Source: the human T2T-CHM13v2.0 reference genome, Homo sapiens
Direction: 5' to 3' (one strand)
DNA length: 64,000 nt
NCBI RefSeq assembly: GCF_009914755.1
Contig: NC_060932.1
The position numbers and the translations under genes are program-made. Within the stretch, counting starts at the first letter, position 1; every line of letters begins with the position of its first letter. Below the pieces are notes generated by a model, which saw only the letters and a program-made list of their open reading frames with translations, had not been told where the DNA came from and made no database searches. This document shows positions 16,645-33,020 of the stretch, one piece after another.

Positions 16645-17255
16645 GGAGTGGACACTGTCTGTTGGCTCCATAGCTAACATTCATTACTTGCCTTCCCATT
16701 ACTAACAGCGTCCAGACTTTAACTTGGATAACATATATGCTTTACCATAAGCTCAAGTACTTTAGGGAAAGCTGATCCCACTTCAAGCTTCAGTCGGGGA
16801 GTTGGGGAGGGGTCTGTGGCTTGTTTAAAAACAAACATTGGTACATTCAATTTCCCCTGCTTACATCATTTTTCGGTTGAGGGTGGGGATGGGGAATGGG
16901 AAGGGGAGAACACGACCCAACCAGGGTGAATTTCAGGACCCTTGTTTGAAATGCCAGCTAAGAAATGTCTGGGAAAACACCAGGAAGAGAAAACATCTCT
17001 GTTCCTCCAACACCATGTTGTATGCATGTGAAGCCTGGAACCAGTAGAGTCATTTTGCTAGATGTAAGCTGAGGGCCAAGGAAATATATGGAGGAGGTTA
17101 CTGCCAAGATACCTGCAAAGAAACAGAAGTAGAGCCACTGGATCAAGCCAACGTGAAGCCTGTCTTACTGCTGGACCAATATATTTTCTTACTGTTTAAC
17201 TCAGTTTAAGTTTTGTTGGTTTGTTTTGTTTTATGTAGTTGAAAGCCTTCTGATT
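16645..17255 (+). mobile_element. Ancient ERVL-type solo LTR (LTR16-like)
   Basis: Resembles recalled LTR16 features (cttcc...ctaacag near the start; AGAGCCACTGGATCAAGCC...TTTAAG...TTG near the end). Confidence 0.55.
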
Positions 17256-18328
17256 TAGATGGGTACATTTCAAATAAGTAAAGAAGTTAGATTGTTCCAG
17301 AAACAAGTAGTACTCAAGAAATGCAAGTAAGTTAGAAAGCCCTGGAAGATAAAAAGTAGAACAATATTTTGAAGATGGAGGGTGTATACAATGTAATGGT
17401 AAACTGTAAAAAGTGTACAAAAAAAAATGGTTCAGAGGCAGATGCAGAAAAATGTAAAACTTGAGCTATGGATTTTGGACCTTTTGTAGGCAAGGTCAGT
17501 TAATGGGTTTTGACTGGGGAATGTAAAAACAATAAACATTTACTGGCTACTTATTATGTGCTGGGCATGATACTTATATTATCTCATTTAATTATTGCAG
17601 TATTTAACAAAGTCCTACGATTTTTCCTGTTTTGCAAATGAGGAACATGCTTAGTACAGTGGCTACTAAGTAGTAGAGGTGACATAAAACCCTTGCATTT
17701 GACCTCAGAGCAGGCACTCTTAACTAATGCTTTAGTCTGCCTCATAATAAAAGTGGTGTTTTTAAACGATTAATTTGATAGCAGCATACAGAATAATTTG
17801 GAGGAGAAGGACAGAAGAGACTGAAGCAAGGGAAAATAGTTCTGGCATAAAATTTTAGTACAACTGAAATATTACAAAGAAATAACTGATGTATTAATAC
17901 CTGATAATTGATAGTATGTAGAAATTGATTAAAAATAAGAAACCATAAGGAATAATCATGGATGTTTTTGACATTCCTTCCTTGGGAGATTTATGGAAAA
18001 TGATGACATCAATGACAGAAAAATGGAAGTCAGAGAAAGAATTGGTTTTTTGTTCTTGGAGGAGATAGTGTATAAACTGTTTTAGATATATTCAGTTTGA
18101 GGTGATAGTGAAACCCTCAAGTATACATGCTATATAGACAACTGGGAATGAATAACTGAAAATGGAGATACAGTTTTAGATATTAGCTTCATTAAAATAA
18201 TAGTTGAAACCATAATTTTATCATTAATCTTAAAGTGAAGGTAAAACAAAGTGAGGGCATCATCATTATTTTAAAAAAATTTCCTGCATCCATCTAGGGT
18301 CCTTTTGGTTGTTTGCAAAAACTTTTGT

Positions 18329-18371
18329 CAGCTACTTGGGAGGCTGAGGCTCAAAAATCTCAAAACAAAAA
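18329..18371 (+). mobile_element. Miniature Alu remnant
   Basis: CAGCTACTTGGGAGGCTGAGGC joined to TCAAAAATCTCAAAAC(A)n; TSD AAAA(A/C)CTTTTGT. Confidence 0.75.
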
Positions 18372-18791
18372 AAAACCTTTTGTAATATTTATAGTGAACT
18401 TGGGTAAAAATTCTCCAATATTCTCTTATGAGTGAAGAAATGATAAGAAATAACATGTTTATGGTTGTACCTTATCATGGTCATCAAGTCAATACATGCT
18501 TATATATTATAACAGGGACTCTATTTATAAAGTAAATAATTCCTATGTATGTATTGTTTTAACAGTGGGGTGGTCAGAGTCCTTCTATTTCACTTTTGGT
18601 GCTATTTATTTTTTCAAAGATTCTTATCTATAGTTTTAGGGTAAAATCTGGATATATCTCAATCATCTCTTCATGACATTTTAAAAATTTTATTTTCCCT
18701 CATTTTTTGATTATATTGAAAATATAAAATTTACTACTTTCATGCTATTTTTTTCCTTATGCTATCTCTGTTATTTTCATTGTGATTCTGA

Positions 18792-19124
<333 letters not shown>

Positions 19125-19239
19125 CACAGCATATTTTTTGTGTGTGTGAAAAAAAGTACTTAAAATGTAAAGATTTCAAAAATTAGTTCACATTAATGAA
19201 AACTAAAAAATAATACTTTCTGTCCACCAACATAGTTAA

Positions 19240-19730
19240 GTATTATGATTATTTCCCAGCATCTATTTCACCCTTCCCTATTATGTGGCAACCATGTGGT
19301 TTTGTTGGGTCAAGCCTATCAAGTAATCCCACTCTCTTGCTACAGAGATAGGTTCAGGTTAGTCAGACTTAAGTCATCAGAGCATGGCCTGCCCTGGCCA
19401 CAGGGATGAATAAAAGGTGCTCAAATTAGTGCACAGTTCAGAACTTCTATTGAATGGATATAGGAGTAGACTAGCTCAGTTGTGGAAAGGCCTGACTGTT
19501 TTTGTCAGCCACATTATGTCTGTGAAAGGAATCACTGTTAAAATCAATACCATGGACAGCAAAGTACAGAACCAGAATGAAATTTGAGTCCCTGACAAAA
19601 TAACTAGGCTGCTGGATTAATCAATTCTGATTATCTATTTCTGAATTTTCTAGTTACATGAGCCAATAAATTTCCTTATTGTTTGTCATTTTATGTCGAA
19701 TTTCCTTTATAAGTTACTGGAAGTGTCCTA
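19240..19730 (+). mobile_element. Ancient ERVL-type solo LTR (LTR16-like)
   Basis: Ends TAGTTACATGAGCCAATAAATTTCCTTATTGTTT, typical of LTR16/MLT 3' ends. Confidence 0.55.
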
Positions 19731-20223
19731 AGAGGTAGAGCTTTCTTTTTCTATTGATAAGCTAACTGTTATTATACAGGAAAGCCCTGTAGATTCCAAC
19801 TTTACACCTCTATACTTAGTTCTTCCTTCTTGACTAAGCTACTCATGGCAGTTGCACAAGACTTTGAAATTGAGCTTTATTTATCCCTTACTTACATGCG
19901 AGCAGTATGTCTGTTATCATTCTCATAGACTTACTTACAAATGAGCTCATTCCCTCAGGGGTGTTATGATCTTCTGGGATTTCCAAAGCATGATGTTGTT
20001 TCTTAAGAGAAAATCATGTTGTTGAGCCTGCCAAGATTTCCCCACCTTCAATATGGTTTACGAATATTTCCATTTCTTAATTCATTGACCATCACATTAA
20101 AAAAATTAAAGCATCTTACAAGAAGAAAAATATACATTTTAAAAGAAGTAAACAAAAAATAAAGACAATGGGATGTTTTCCATGTTGACTTCTTGCAATA
20201 CAGATGCTTAACTAATCCTCTAT

Positions 20224-20465
20224 CAGTGCTGTTCAAGAGAAATTTCTTCCAAGGTGAAAATATTTTATATCTGCACTATGCAAAATGGCAGCCAGTAGCC
20301 ATATATAGCTATGAGCACTTAAAATGTGATTAGTGTAACTGAGGAACTGAATGTTTAATGTTACTTAATCTTAATTAACATAATAAATTAATATATGTTT
20401 AAATTTCAATAGCCACATGTGGTTAGTATGGCTATGGCTAGTGCTACCATATTAGACAACACAGC
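20224..20465. mobile_element. MER3-type hAT-Charlie MITE
   Basis: CAGTGCTGTTCAA...GCAGCCAGTAGCCATAT...AATGTGATTAGTGTAACTGAGGAACTGAAT...ATATTAGACAACACAG. Confidence 0.8.
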
Positions 20466-20591
20466 AGAAGATCAACCCTAGAATATTGCAGGGTTAAATA
20501 AGTGGCAGTTGAATGCTTTAGCCTAACAAGTGTACTTCTACAGTGTTTTTTTTAATCCTTGAGATGTTGTTCAATGTGCATTTAATGAGGT

Positions 20592-20740
20592 TTTGTTTTG
20601 TTTTCTTTCTTTTTTTTTTTTTAAGAGACAGTGTCTCACTATCTTGCTTAGGCTGGAGTTGAACTCCTGGGCTCAAGTGATCCTCCCATCTCAGGCTCCT
20701 GAGTAGCTGGGACTACAGGCGAGAGGCACACCTGGCTTAT
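20592..20740 (-). mobile_element. Alu monomer (FLAM/FAM-like)
   Basis: Single antisense arm with poly-T. Confidence 0.85.
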
Positions 20741-21044
20741 TTAATAAGATTTTATTAACTTAAATCAAATTGAGACTGGATTACTGTGTGGGCTCCTCTC
20801 TCTCCTTCATCTATCACAGGTGCCTGGTCACCAAGTCCTATTCATCCTACATCTTAAATACATTTTAAAGATACCCCTTCTTTCCATCTTCATCACCACT
20901 GTTTACTTTCGATTTGACCTTTATTATTGCTTCTAATATTTCTCTTTATACCACTCTTGGTTCCTTCCATTTCACTTCCTATCTCCTCATAGAATAACCT
21001 CCCTAAATACAATCTCACCATAACAGTTCCTTGCTGTAGAATAC

Positions 21045-21317
<273 letters not shown>

Positions 21318-22789
21318 TCACTTTATAGAGAATTTTTATTTTACAAGGGGAAAACTGAAGCCTTCAAAGTTGAATGACTTTTCCAAAATTATTGGCATGG
21401 TAACATTTTCTTTATACTAGGCACCCCATAAAATATGCAGCTAATAAACATGACAAACTTATTTTTCTTTCTCTGGTATTGGGATGAACTAAATTTCTCT
21501 CCACTAGTAAGATAAAGAGTCTAATAAAGTTGGGTTACTTCTTGATTTCTTCTGCTAACCCTTCTTTACTCTTCCCTTCTGGGAAACGACATGGCTTTTT
21601 TCTGTCTCCCTTTCACTTTAGTGTTATATGATGCTAATCAGAAAGATAGTGAAGTAATTAGGGATGCAGTACCATCAGTACACAGCTGATAGTAAGCTTT
21701 GCATCTCCTTTCATCAGATCTAGGATGAGGTTTCTTGAATTTCATAGTGTCTGGCAGAGTAAAGGACATGGAGGAAAGCAGTTGGATCAGGCACCATCTA
21801 GATAAGATTAAATCAATCCTCGTAGGCACAGGGGGACATTTGAAGCATACAGCAGTCAGTCACACTGTGGAAGATAAACCCACCTTTTGTTTCAGAAAGC
21901 CACAGTTGTGGGAAATCTTGGATTGCAGGCTATTTCTAATTTCCCAAATTTTGCCCCAAATTTCTATAGTCACTTCCTATATGATTTTACATAAACAGTG
22001 ATTACTTTTTTTTCCAGTTGGGAAGCTTGCTATGACTTTATCTTCTTGCACTGAATATCAGGCCTATGTTGATTACTTCTATATCAATTATAATGCTTTT
22101 CTCACAAACCCCTGGGTAGTTTGACTCATTTTTTTTTTTTGCCATGAAACTTTATTAGAAGATGGGCTCAGTATTCCTGGTATTTCTATTATTAATAGTT
22201 ATTTCTGAATTCCAGCTGGTGTCAAAAATCTTTTCCTGGGGAGAATATAACCTAATCAGAGTGATTTATTCTTTTCTATTGGGGAATTAATTAACTTAAT
22301 TTCAACCAATATTTATTAAATGTCTACATGTAGTATTGCGATTACAGGATGGTCACGACATACACCTTTGCTTTAGGAACATATTGTCTAGATTTTAAAG
22401 ATTTTCTACACCCATTACATATTGTGCATCTGAGTCTAATTCATGTTACACTAAATTTAGCAAGACTATGTAATGTGAACTGCAAACTGGGATACTGTGG
22501 GGAGTGAAAGGAGTTGTAATTAATAATCATACCTGATCAACAGATTAAATAAAGACTGTCTTGGGAAAACTGAGATAGTGTCAGACAAAGTGGAACATAT
22601 GGTCACCTTAATTAAATATCAGTTTCTGTTATACTTGTATTTTCACATTGTACGTATGATAGTTATTAGGGACCATGTTGGGTTAAATATAACTACTTTA
22701 TGATGCCTATTATATGACAGGCACTACAATAAAAGTGTGCTCAGATTTGAGTCAGGGAAACCAAATATATGCATACAATCATATTGAGC

Positions 22790-23010
22790 AAATGCGTATA
22801 GCGGAATGAATACTGGACAGGGAGCCAGGAGACCTAGATTTGAAAATTAGCCTTGAATTTCAAGCACTCCCTTTGGTCACATCATTTAACCCCTCTGAAG
22901 CTCAGTTGTCTTACCTGTAAAATGGAATGATACTAATTTTTCACAGAATGAGAAGGTAAAAAAATGTGACAGCACTTGACACAGTATGTGTCAAATAATG
23001 AATGCTTGAT
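22790..23010 (+). mobile_element. MIR
   Basis: ACTGGACAGGGAGCCAGGAGACCTAG...CTCAGTTGTCTTACCTGTAAAATGG core. Confidence 0.7.
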
Positions 23011-23358
23011 AAAAGGTTATCTGAGTTTGCTGATGTTCTAGTTTAATGAAAGGCAACCAGAAAGGAAGCTAGAAGACTCAATCTCTTTGTGAAAACTTAT
23101 TATGCAGATTTTTTTTCTGATCTTCCATTGCCAATCCTGCTAGTCATATTATTTTGAAGCAAATCTCAGATATCACATCATTTCATCCAGAATTATTTTA
23201 GTATTTATCACTAAGGATTTATTTTTAATATCATTACAATACAATTATTATCCTAAAATTAACAATAATTCCCTATTATCTTCAAATACTTACTGTCCAA
23301 ATTTCCAATTCTCTTATAAAAGTTTTTTCCAGTCTTTTAAAAAAATTCAGAGTCCATA

Positions 23359-23660
23359 GGCCAGGCACAGTGGGAGGCCAAGGCAGGAGGATCGCTTGAG
23401 ACCAGGAGTTTAAGATTGGCTTGGGCAACACAGTGAAATTCTGTCTCTGCAAAAAAATTTTTTAAAAATTAGCCAGGTGTGGTGGTACCTGCCTGTGGTT
23501 GTAGCTACTCAGGAGCCTAAGGCCAAGAGGACCACCTGAGCCCACGAGGTGAAGGCTGCAGTGATGCAGTGAGCTATGATTGTGCCACTGCACTCCAGCT
23601 TGGATGACAGAGCAAGACCCTGTTTCTAAAAAAAGAAAAGAAAGAAAGCAAAAGAAAAAA
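23359..23660 (+). mobile_element. Alu (AluJ-like) within an old antisense L1MC-type fragment (~23140-24060)
   Basis: Sense Alu; flanks resemble an L1MC 3' end (TTTTGAAGCAAATCTCAGATATCACATCATTTCATCC). Confidence 0.85.
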
Positions 23661-24126
23661 ATTCAGGTTCTAAATGAAATTTCATGAATTATTTGCACTT
23701 GGTTGATGTCTTTTAATCTTAACTATATATCCTACTTGCAATATGCTGAAAAAACTGGGTTTTGTCATGTAGAATGTTCTCAAGTGTTCCACAGACGGCA
23801 ATCTCCTGGTACAGTTTAATACATTCCTCTGTCTCCATTATTTCCTGTAAATTGATAGGTGAAACTAGAAGATGTTCAATTTCAGATCTGATTTTGTTTT
23901 GTTTTTAGCAAGACAACTTCATGGGGGGGTGTTGTGTTGCTCTATCAGGAAGCATACAATGCCTGGTTGTCTATTTTCTTTGATGTTAGCAGCCGTTGTT
24001 GTTTAATCGATATTGAATATCTAGGTCCACTTGTTCATTAGGAGTTTTAAATTTATTTCTGATCTCATAAAATTCAGTTGTTTTACTTCTGTAAGCAGTC
24101 AGAGTTATAATTAAGATAAAGATGTA

Positions 24127-26766
<2,640 letters not shown>

Positions 26767-26914
26767 GATAAAGATGTAATTAAGAAAATAACATCAGTTA
26801 TGCTATGTCTCTACCTCTAATATAGTCCTATTTCACTTTACAGATGTGCTTATTGATTGCTAGGAGGGAAGCAAAAATAGAAACAACTTTATAATGCTAT
26901 AAATGAAAGATGAA

Positions 26915-27145
26915 GGCTGGGCAAGGTGGGTCATGCCTGTAATCCCAGCACTTTGGAATGCCGAGGTGGGTGGATTGCTTGAGGTCAGGAGTTTGAGACC
27001 AGCCTGGCCAAAATGGTGAAACCCTGTCTCTACTAAAAATACAAAAATTAGCCAGATGTAGTGGTGCGCGCCTGTAATCCCAGCTACTAAGGAAGCTGAG
27101 ACGGGCAACAGAGCGAGACTCTGTCTCAAAAAAAAAAAAAAAAAG
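26915..27145 (+). mobile_element. Alu with right-arm internal deletion
   Basis: GCTGAGAC joined directly to GGGCAACAGAGCGAGACTC. Confidence 0.9.
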
Positions 27146-27605
27146 ACAATTATTATGTTCCCACTTTTAATATGAATAGCTCTATGAGTTTTATGACATA
27201 ATAATAAATAACTTCCTATATTGCTAAATACACAAAAAGTAATTAATAATGCTTACCTACACTAACATCCATTAAGTTTTTCATTATTTTTTGGCCTTGA
27301 ATTCCAATAATTAAATTTTACTAATCTCTAGCTTCTTCTCCAGGAACAAACAATGTATGTTTCTCTCTGAGGTTGTGCTCTTTGGTCATCACTAATATAA
27401 TACTATTATTTTCATTAAAATGAAATTATAGTCCTATAACCAATAGCCATGTACTTTGAGTTGCTTCTACAATAATGGTGATTAACTTTGGATGAACCAG
27501 TCATAGTCTCTCACCCAATTCCTGGTCAAGAAATAACATGTTGTCATCTGACAACTGGCAAAGATTAACAGTCAGCTGTGGCCACTGCACTGACTGACTC
27601 ACTCA

Positions 27606-27668
27606 GGGATTTAAACCATGACCTTGGCCTCATTATCATGCTGTTATAATCTACTGAGCAAAATAGCT
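27606..27668 (-). mobile_element. tRNA-derived SINE head (MamSINE1-like)
   Basis: Minus strand GCTCAGTAGATTATAACAGCATGATAATGAGGCCAAGGTCATGGTTTAAATCCC resembles a decayed tRNA-Ile head with box A/B. Confidence 0.6.
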
Positions 27669-28599
27669 ACAAAAATAAATTCTGAAAGCAGGAAGCAAAA
27701 AATTCTGTTATTTGTGTCTCCAGGCCCAAACCATTATGCATCTGTGTCCATTGAGTATTCTACTAGTAGGCATTTTAGACATGGGTGAAGAACTGAAGGC
27801 AGGATATCCTCCTGAAAATCAAAGCTGATCATGTCAGTTCTCTCACTAAAAAACCTCCACTGTCTAATGATATAAGTTCAAATTCTTCAGCACAGCATAT
27901 AGGATTGTAGCATAATCTTATAACAACCAATTTCTCCAGCTTTATCTTTTGCTACAACTCTTTGCCTCCCTTTCTTCATACTCTAACAACTGTAATTTTC
28001 TCATTATTTTGTGACTGCTCATATATTTTTTCAGTATACATTTATTGAGTCTCTATAATGTATGAGACGCTCTGATAAGCCCTGGGGAAACTGAAGTTGA
28101 AGGCACATTACTTGATCTTAAAGAATTCATGGTCCAGTCGAGACAGACAAGGAAATAAATGGCCACAACACACTGTGACAAGTGCTATCTATAAGCACAG
28201 TAGGTATATTGGTATGACAGTCTAGGGAAAACACGTGGAAGAAAGGGAGAGAGAGGGATGAGTATATGGTGAAGACAAAGAAATTAACTAAGAAAGTTAT
28301 GAGAGAGGGAGTAGAAAAGGTGATCTAAGCTGAGGGAATAGAAAGTCAGAGAGATGAGACAATTCACATATTCAGTAAAGTGCAAGTAGACCGTCATGGC
28401 TGAAGAGGAGGATGTGTTTGTAGGCTGGGTTGGAGGCAACGCTAGAGAGGTAGACAGCAATTTAATCCTAAAGGAATCTGTACAGTTTGGCAAATACTTT
28501 AGGTCTTACTTATTTGCACTGCTTTTCTCTTTTTTCAGAATGCTTTTTCCCTTTTGCTGCCCAACTTAGACAAATATAATGTCAAATCCTCTTTCCAGA

Positions 28600-29200
28600 A
28601 ATTTATTGAACAAATATTTGTTGGAACACCTACTATGTGCCATGTATTGTTCTAAGTGTTTGGGATACATTAATAAAATGCATACCCTGTCCTTGTGCTT
28701 ATATTGAAGTACAAGGAAGTAGATGATAAATATAATAAACTGGTATATATTTAACTTGGAGTAAAAATACTGTTGTCAGAGAGAGTGGTAAGTGCTGTGG
28801 GAAGAAGAAAAAGTAGGGTAAGGTAAAGAAGATCATCATAATGACCAGGGAGGGTGTGGGGCAGGTAGGACTATTAAATAAGATGGACAATTGAGCAAAA
28901 ATTTGAGGAAGAGGGATTTAGCCAAGTGAGTATCTTAGCGAAGGGTATTCTAGGCACAGGGAACAGCTCGAGGAAAGCCTAAAAGAAAGTACTAGGAGAT
29001 GAAGTCAGTGATCATGTGGGACTTGTAAGCCATTTAAAGAACGCTTGTGAATAAAGTGGGGAGCCACCTTGGGATTTTGACCAGCAGAGTGTTTTGATCT
29101 AATGTTTTAGGAGGCTTCTGGTTTGTGCAGTGTTGAGAAGAGACTATAGAGCTGCAAGCACAGAAGCAGGGAAACCTGTTATGAGAATCGATAGAAATGC
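28600..29200 (-). mobile_element. L2 fragment
   Basis: AACAAATATTTGTTGGAACACCTACTATGTGCC...GTTCTAAGTG L2 3' end plus body. Confidence 0.7.
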
Positions 29201-29375
29201 CAACCATCGAAGTATATTTACATGCACTAAGGGGCACTGCAATGATTCTGAGCATCGTGAAACACCCAGCTTTTGTAGCAGAGTACTAGGTCCTCAGTAA
29301 ATTCTCGTGAGGTAACTATTTTAGTTTGTGACTTTAGATATACCTCCTAATACTGATTTACTAGATTACAAGTAG

Positions 29376-30250
<875 letters not shown>

Positions 30251-31499
30251 TAGTTTATGGCCTGTCAAGACTTGAAAATTCAGTGATGAAGACAGCTGTT
30301 ACTTCTAAAGTTAACGAAGAATACTGGTTTTGACTCAACTTTAAATGTGTTCATACACTGAGGGACAGGCCAAAGTAAAAGATAATGCTGTACAGGACAA
30401 AGTCAGATGTGATGAAGATTTTAAGTAAAACACTGTACCAAAACAAACAAAACACCTCTAAGATCCATATTGTAGAAAGACCAAAAGACAGAGATCTTGT
30501 GAATACATTTTACTTTCTTTAGTTCTGAGCCCAGCAATTTTATGTCAAACTGGGGCAAGTATTTTGAAAAGTAGTTCATTTACGCTAAAGCCAATTTAAA
30601 AATTCTATATGATATATATTCTATGTATGCGATATATAAATACTGTGACAAATTTTTACTTCGTCCAGGTGTGTGAATAACAGTGGAAGATGGTTTAAAA
30701 GACTTCCTTCCACTCCTAAGTAGTCCCTTTAATAGGAAAAACACATCTAGTTGTAGTAAAAACTGTAAAAAGGAAACACCGTAACAGTAACCCCACTCAC
30801 TTCTGCTTCATTCCTGTAAAAAGTCATATGTTCCAGTGATACTGGCTCATGCCCACTGTATTTCATGAGCTGGCACTGTCTCCAGGTAGGCGAAGCATGG
30901 GTGGGGGTGCAGGGAGACACAGCCTCAGGCACCCAGCATGCTAACCATATGACCGCTAGAAAGCAGTGCAGGGCCCAGGGGGTGACCCTCTACTGTAAAG
31001 GAAGCCAAAATCGTCTAATTTGGACCATGACTTTGAAGTTCACATTTTATAGACTCAAAATAACTAAGCTATTTTAACCTCAAAAAGTTTAAACCTCAGA
31101 GTAGTGTGTATATTCTGGCTTCTGGTTCTGCTTGGGTTGATAGTTAGCTGGGGGTGGGAAGTGGTGTTTGTTTTTTTAAATCTGGCACAGAAATAGTTGA
31201 ATAAGGTAGACTGTTCCACCCATTCCTTTTGATTATTTTTAGTTCTGCTCTCCTTTCTTCTAAAGGAGCAGTTTGTGGATTTTAGCAGCACTTAGGTTTT
31301 CCTAAGCGAAAGTCAAAGATAAATGTATTTACTGGTACCTGTCATTGTGTATGAGAGGAAAGTACGGATAGTAAGCGTCAATTTCAATTTCAGGTAAAAA
31401 ATTATGTTCTCTTTAAAACTGTTGGTTTTAGTTGTCGCTTTTTTTTTTAGTTTGTCACTTTTTTTTTCCTTCTCCGTTATTTATTTTGCAATGCATATA

Positions 31500-31718
31500 G
31501 TGCAGTTCTCAACATTTGCTATACCTTAATCACTTGGGGAACTTTCAAACTATATTCACAGCCAGGGTCCTAACACCAGAGTCTGATTCATTTGACCTAT
31601 GGGCCCAGGTGGTATTTTAAAAAAGTGACCCAGTGAATCTTTAACTCAGATGACTGGAAAAAAAAAAAAAAAAGTGAGCCAGGTAATTTTAGTGTGCAGC
31701 TACGGTTGAAAACCAGCA
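31500..31718. mobile_element. MER5-type hAT MITE with internal micro-insertion
   Basis: GCAGTTCTCAAC...AATCACTTGGGGAACTTT...CAGGTAATTTTAGTGTGCAGC...GTTGAAAACCA. Confidence 0.7.
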
Positions 31719-32289
31719 TGGTTTCAAAGTTGCTTAAAAACATCTAGGTTCTAGTTCCAGCCCCGCCACTTACCAGCTGGCTGTTCTTGGTGGTCTTCTG
31801 TTTCCCATAGGATGATGAGGTTGGATTAGAAATTCATAAAAATTGTTGAACTCTACAACAAAATGAAATAAACTGGGATTCATATAATTTCATCTGGTTT
31901 GCTCAGCTCCAAAGAGATGAAAATTGAATTATCTGGAGTATGAGAGTGTTGTTTGAAACAAGTTAGTAATAATTTAAAAAACAGCTCTTAAGTAAACTTT
32001 TCCCTCTTCCCAATTACAAGGCATGGGAGAAAAGAAAAATAGACATTTAAGCTTAGAAATCACAGGAGACTTCCAGGGCTGCTTTGCCTGTCCCCAGCTC
32101 TCTTAAATGGGGAGCTAGTCAGACGGTACCTGGGGAACAGAGGGAGGAGGGAGAGCACTTACTACACATCAAGAAGGTAAATATAAACCCCAAAGGCTTA
32201 CGTTACTCATCAGACCACAATATGGCCTGGTACTAAGCAGCGCGCGTGTGGAAGGCTGGGTGGGGTGCGCACACACGCTCACTTGTGTA

Positions 32290-32292
<3 letters not shown>

Positions 32293-32323
<31 letters not shown>

Positions 32324-32332
32324 CACACACAC
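32293..32332 (+). repeat. (CA)n microsatellite at the CpG island edge
   Basis: About 14 uninterrupted AC units, then GGCACACACAC. Confidence 0.95.
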
Positions 32333-33020
32333 CCGAGCTCAGTCACCCACATTGCTTGCCCAGGGCGCCTGGAAGAGCTGGCGAGCCCGCCCAGCTCTGT
32401 TCACCCGGCCCCGCCCCGCCCCCTCCGGGAGGGCTCTCCGGGCGGCGCCCAGCCCCGAGCAGAGCAAAGGACGGCGGCGGCCACCTCCGTTCTCCGGCCG
32501 CTGGTTTCTCGTCTTTCCTCGTCCTTTCATTGAACCCATCTCCGTGCTTCGAAAATCTGACTCTAACCCGATCTCTTCGCGTCTCCGCCTCTTCTTTCTA
32601 GAGTGAGCGCCAAAAAGGGCCTGACAGACAGAAGCCTTTGGCCCCAGCACCGGCCCAGCCCGTCTCTAGACGATTCTTGCTCCTTTCACCCTCACAGCCT
32701 CCAGTGGTCGCTTCATCTTCGCACCCTCCCGGCCAACCCTAACTCTCCTCGTCTCTCCTCGCGCTGTCTCGCGTCCTCCCCTCAGGATCCTTCCGCACAT
32801 TCTCAGCGTCCAGCGCGGTTTCCCACAACTTCCTCACGCCCCGCTCCCCTCGCCCTGTCCCCGCCCTCGACACCACCTGCGTTCCCCACTCGCTCCAACC
32901 TCCCTCCCCCGCTATCCCCACTTGTGGGCCTCCAGCTCTCTGCCCCTTTCCTGGCCCCCATCCCTGACACCCCAGGGACCCTTCCTCCCTCCTCACGTTC
33001 TCCCTCCTTCCAGGATCCCG

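Noticed and set aside
16881-16906. G4-like GGG tracts
   Set aside because: Inside an LTR relic far from any evident promoter; a common motif.
27606-27668. Possible tRNA-Ile gene
   Set aside because: Stems and box B are decayed; better explained as a SINE head.
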